NCBI GenBank assembly: GCA_016779125.1
Contig: JADHOF010000002.1
Span: 1 to 62,125 of the forward strand
DNA length: 62,125 bases
From: Verrucomicrobiia bacterium
Lineage (GTDB): Bacteria; Verrucomicrobiota; Verrucomicrobiia; Limisphaerales; JAYPXF01
Direction: 5' to 3'
This document shows positions 60,460-62,125 of the stretch, in pieces. The translations under genes and the position numbers were made by a program. The notes under the pieces are model-generated. The model worked only from the letters and a program-made list of their open reading frames with translations. It searched no databases and was not told the origin of the DNA. Positions within the stretch are counted from its first letter, which is position 1. Every line of letters begins with the position of its first letter.

Positions 60460-60993
60460 AGCATTCACAACACGATCACCTGGCCATTGCCCAAATGCTC
60501 AAATCCCCGCCTTTCCCAACGCGCGCGAGACTCCAGTCCCGCTTTGCGCTCACAACCAACCCCAAAGGAAATCCACGGCAAGCGATCCCATAGCGCACCC
60601 AGCAATGAAGCAAACAGGGACATCCATCCCATGGGACAGGCCCCAAAACGATTCAAGAACTTGACCCGCTCAAGCCACATCAAGAGGCGACCACCGGACG
60701 CCCCCCCGAAAATCAAACCGAAAACCGTCCCAAATCTTCAATCCCACCATACCCGACACCTCGACGCACCCGATTCACCGCATCATAAATCACTCCCGGA
60801 AACCCCATTCACGTCGCTCCCGACATCCGCAAAACCTCCTGTCAACCGACCACTCTGTCAAGATATGTTGACTGACCCCGCCATAGAAATAAGGCACAAC
60901 CGGTCCAGAAATCGATTGCATCTCATGACCGACCCCGAGATTATGCAGGATTTGGGAATTGAAAACGATAATTAGAAAGCAATACTTATTCAC
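60460..60993. other. 534-bp apparently non-coding tract with extreme C-over-G (and A-over-T) strand asymmetry
   Basis: The plus strand reads as runs of C/A-rich sequence with very few G (e.g. ccaaccccaaaggaaatccac, cccccccgaaaatcaaaccgaaaaccgtcccaaatcttcaatcccaccataccc). The only long ORF (60487-60975) is a TTG-started Pro/basic low-complexity translation. Confidence 0.6.
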
Positions 60994-61887
60994 ATGACAA
61001 ACGCACCGGATTCCGATGACGCTTTGACGGCATACTGTAGTCAATGCCATCTAGATGTCCGGTTTGAACCCGCGCTTCATGGAACTGTCGCTGAGTGTGC
61101 GAATTGTGGAACCGATATTCGTTTGTATCCGACGGTTCGACCCGCCGAAGCCTATTCTGGGCCAGATCACCTCCCTGCGGGAGGGCCACACGTTACTCAA
61201 TCTAGCCAACAAGTCTCGATTGATTCATCGAATAGGCGGGGACTTTCTGGCGACAGTGACTGGGAATCGGGAGAAGGCTCTGACGATTCCGACCGTAAGA
61301 CACAGTGCTATCATTGCGGGCTATCGGTATCCTTTGATTCGGCTGACGCGGGTCGCGTCGTGAAATGTCCAAGGTGTTTTCAGGCGTTGAGGCTCCCAGG
61401 TGGCGGAACGCTTCAGCCCTATCACAATCAAGCACTCTCCCCATCTTCGGCTACTTACATGCAGCAAAAGCTTCCAGCAAACGTGATGGTCGACTTGATG
61501 GAAGAGGATCTGGGCATGCGCCGGGAAAAGCGGTCGGAGGAACGCGAAGAATTCGAGTGGAAACGGGAAGATCGCAAAGAAACGCACGAGGGGATCGTTG
61601 GGCTGGCGATGAACTCGGTGGTCTTTGTCATGTTGCTGTCTGCGCTGTGGTCCAACGCTGGCGGGCAACAGTATCTTATTACGGTGGTAACGATGGCGAC
61701 CCTTCTCGGTCTGATCGGCACGGTCAATGCCATTATTGGCGTGTGTAAGCGGGGCGGAAGGTCGAGTTTAGCTTGGGTGGGACTGGCCATCGGCTTAATC
61801 CTGTTGGCTATGCTGCCTTCGGCTTGGGATTACGCCTTCTCTTCGGGATCTAGTGGTGAGGTGAGTAAGGTCTGGCCCATTAAATAA
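60994..61887 (+). CDS. hypothetical membrane protein with two CxxC..CxxC zinc-ribbon modules
   Basis: CSQCH..(17)..CANCG and CYHCG..(16)..CPRCF. An acidic/basic linker, then 3 hydrophobic spans at the C-terminus. Visibly more A/T-ending codons than neighbouring genes. Confidence 0.65.
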   Translation: MTNAPDSDDALTAYCSQCHLDVRFEPALHGTVAECANCGTDIRLYPTVRPAEAYSGPDHLPAGGPHVTQSSQQVSIDSSNRRGLSGDSDWESGEGSDDSDRKTQCYHCGLSVSFDSADAGRVVKCPRCFQALRLPGGGTLQPYHNQALSPSSATYMQQKLPANVMVDLMEEDLGMRREKRSEEREEFEWKREDRKETHEGIVGLAMNSVVFVMLLSALWSNAGGQQYLITVVTMATLLGLIGTVNAIIGVCKRGGRSSLAWVGLAIGLILLAMLPSAWDYAFSSGSSGEVSKVWPIK

Positions 61888-61890
61888 GTA

Positions 61891-62125
61891 ATGGTGATGG
61901 GGTCATTCATTGGGGGTATGAACCGGGAACGTGTTGGGGTCACTCATTGGGGCGCGCGTCAAGTGGGCAAAAGGAGTCGGGTCTGGATTTTCTTTATTCT
62001 GAGCTTCTGCTCATTTCAAAGCCAATCCGGCGAGGCGGACTCGGAGCCGGTGGACGATTCAGGCGATCGCGCTTCCCGCGATTTCTTTGTTTATTGGTTG
62101 CCGGCCGCTCGCCCTGTGGCGGTGT
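61891..62125 (+). CDS. possible 5' end of an exported protein (open to the window end)
   Basis: Not in the track (no stop). The frame from ATG 61891 (or ATG 61918) is open to 62125 and encodes ..KRSRVWIFFILSFCSFQSQSGEA.. (signal-peptide-like). It begins 4 nt after the zinc-ribbon gene's stop. Confidence 0.35.
   Translation, partial: MVMGSFIGGMNRERVGVTHWGARQVGKRSRVWIFFILSFCSFQSQSGEADSEPVDDSGDRASRDFFVYWLPAARPVAV

Noticed and set aside
60487-60975. 162-aa Pro/Lys/Arg/His-rich ORF in the C-rich tract
   Set aside because: It starts with TTG, and its open frame is explained by the near absence of G and T-A-G/T-G-A combinations on this strand. It has no domain-like sequence. I treat it as a compositional artefact, while flagging the tract itself.
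61897-61952. Imperfect direct repeat GGGGTCAYTCATTGGGG, two copies 37 nt apart
   Set aside because: There are only two copies, both inside the 5' end of a plausible ORF that continues to the window end. This is insufficient for a repeat element or CRISPR-like call.

Overview
GC-rich 62 kb chromosomal window. Gene content points to a PVC-superphylum bacterium (Verrucomicrobiota/Planctomycetota-like): several exported PQQ-like beta-propellers, a sulfatase, a fused membrane/spermidine-synthase protein, and leaders that mostly lack a Shine-Dalgarno sequence. I support about 50 protein-coding genes, and the region is dense and mostly housekeeping or envelope-related. Reading by eye on both strands, I found no rRNA, tRNA, CRISPR array, transposase, integrase or recognisable defence cassette. 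In order, the window holds: ppdK (partial); a Ser/Thr kinase with an LRR ectodomain, convergent with an FHA-adenylate cyclase; a membrane pyrophosphatase; a heat-shock supercluster (hsp20-lon-LolA-like-cytochrome c, divergent from dnaK-groES-groEL); a split AAA ATPase; a hydrolase group (ceramidase-like, isochorismatase/SGNH fusion, sulfatase); a hybrid kinase-propeller-DksA/TraR operon; a fused spermidine-synthase-like membrane protein plus DUF3445; an Ig-repeat protein plus beta-barrel pair; a MarR-flanked locus of two PQQ-like propellers, a short ANL adenylating enzyme, a membrane protein, a divergent ALDH and an Fe-ADH; a 6-deoxy-hexosamine-type glycan cluster with an 874-aa YfhO-like membrane protein; a desaturase; rpsT; response regulators; RNA and housekeeping enzymes; and a 534-bp strongly C-rich non-coding tract followed by a compositionally different zinc-ribbon membrane gene. 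The best candidates for something undescribed are: (1) the 35.2-44.5 kb MarR/propeller/ANL/ALDH/ADH locus, (2) the glycan cluster with the YfhO-like GT-C candidate, (3) an orphan HslV/proteasome-beta-like protein with an N-terminal Ser, (4) the AAA ATPase split by TGA-ATG, and (5) the C-rich tract. All family calls come from motif recognition by eye. No alignments or HMM searches were run, so product names are hypotheses with the stated confidence.
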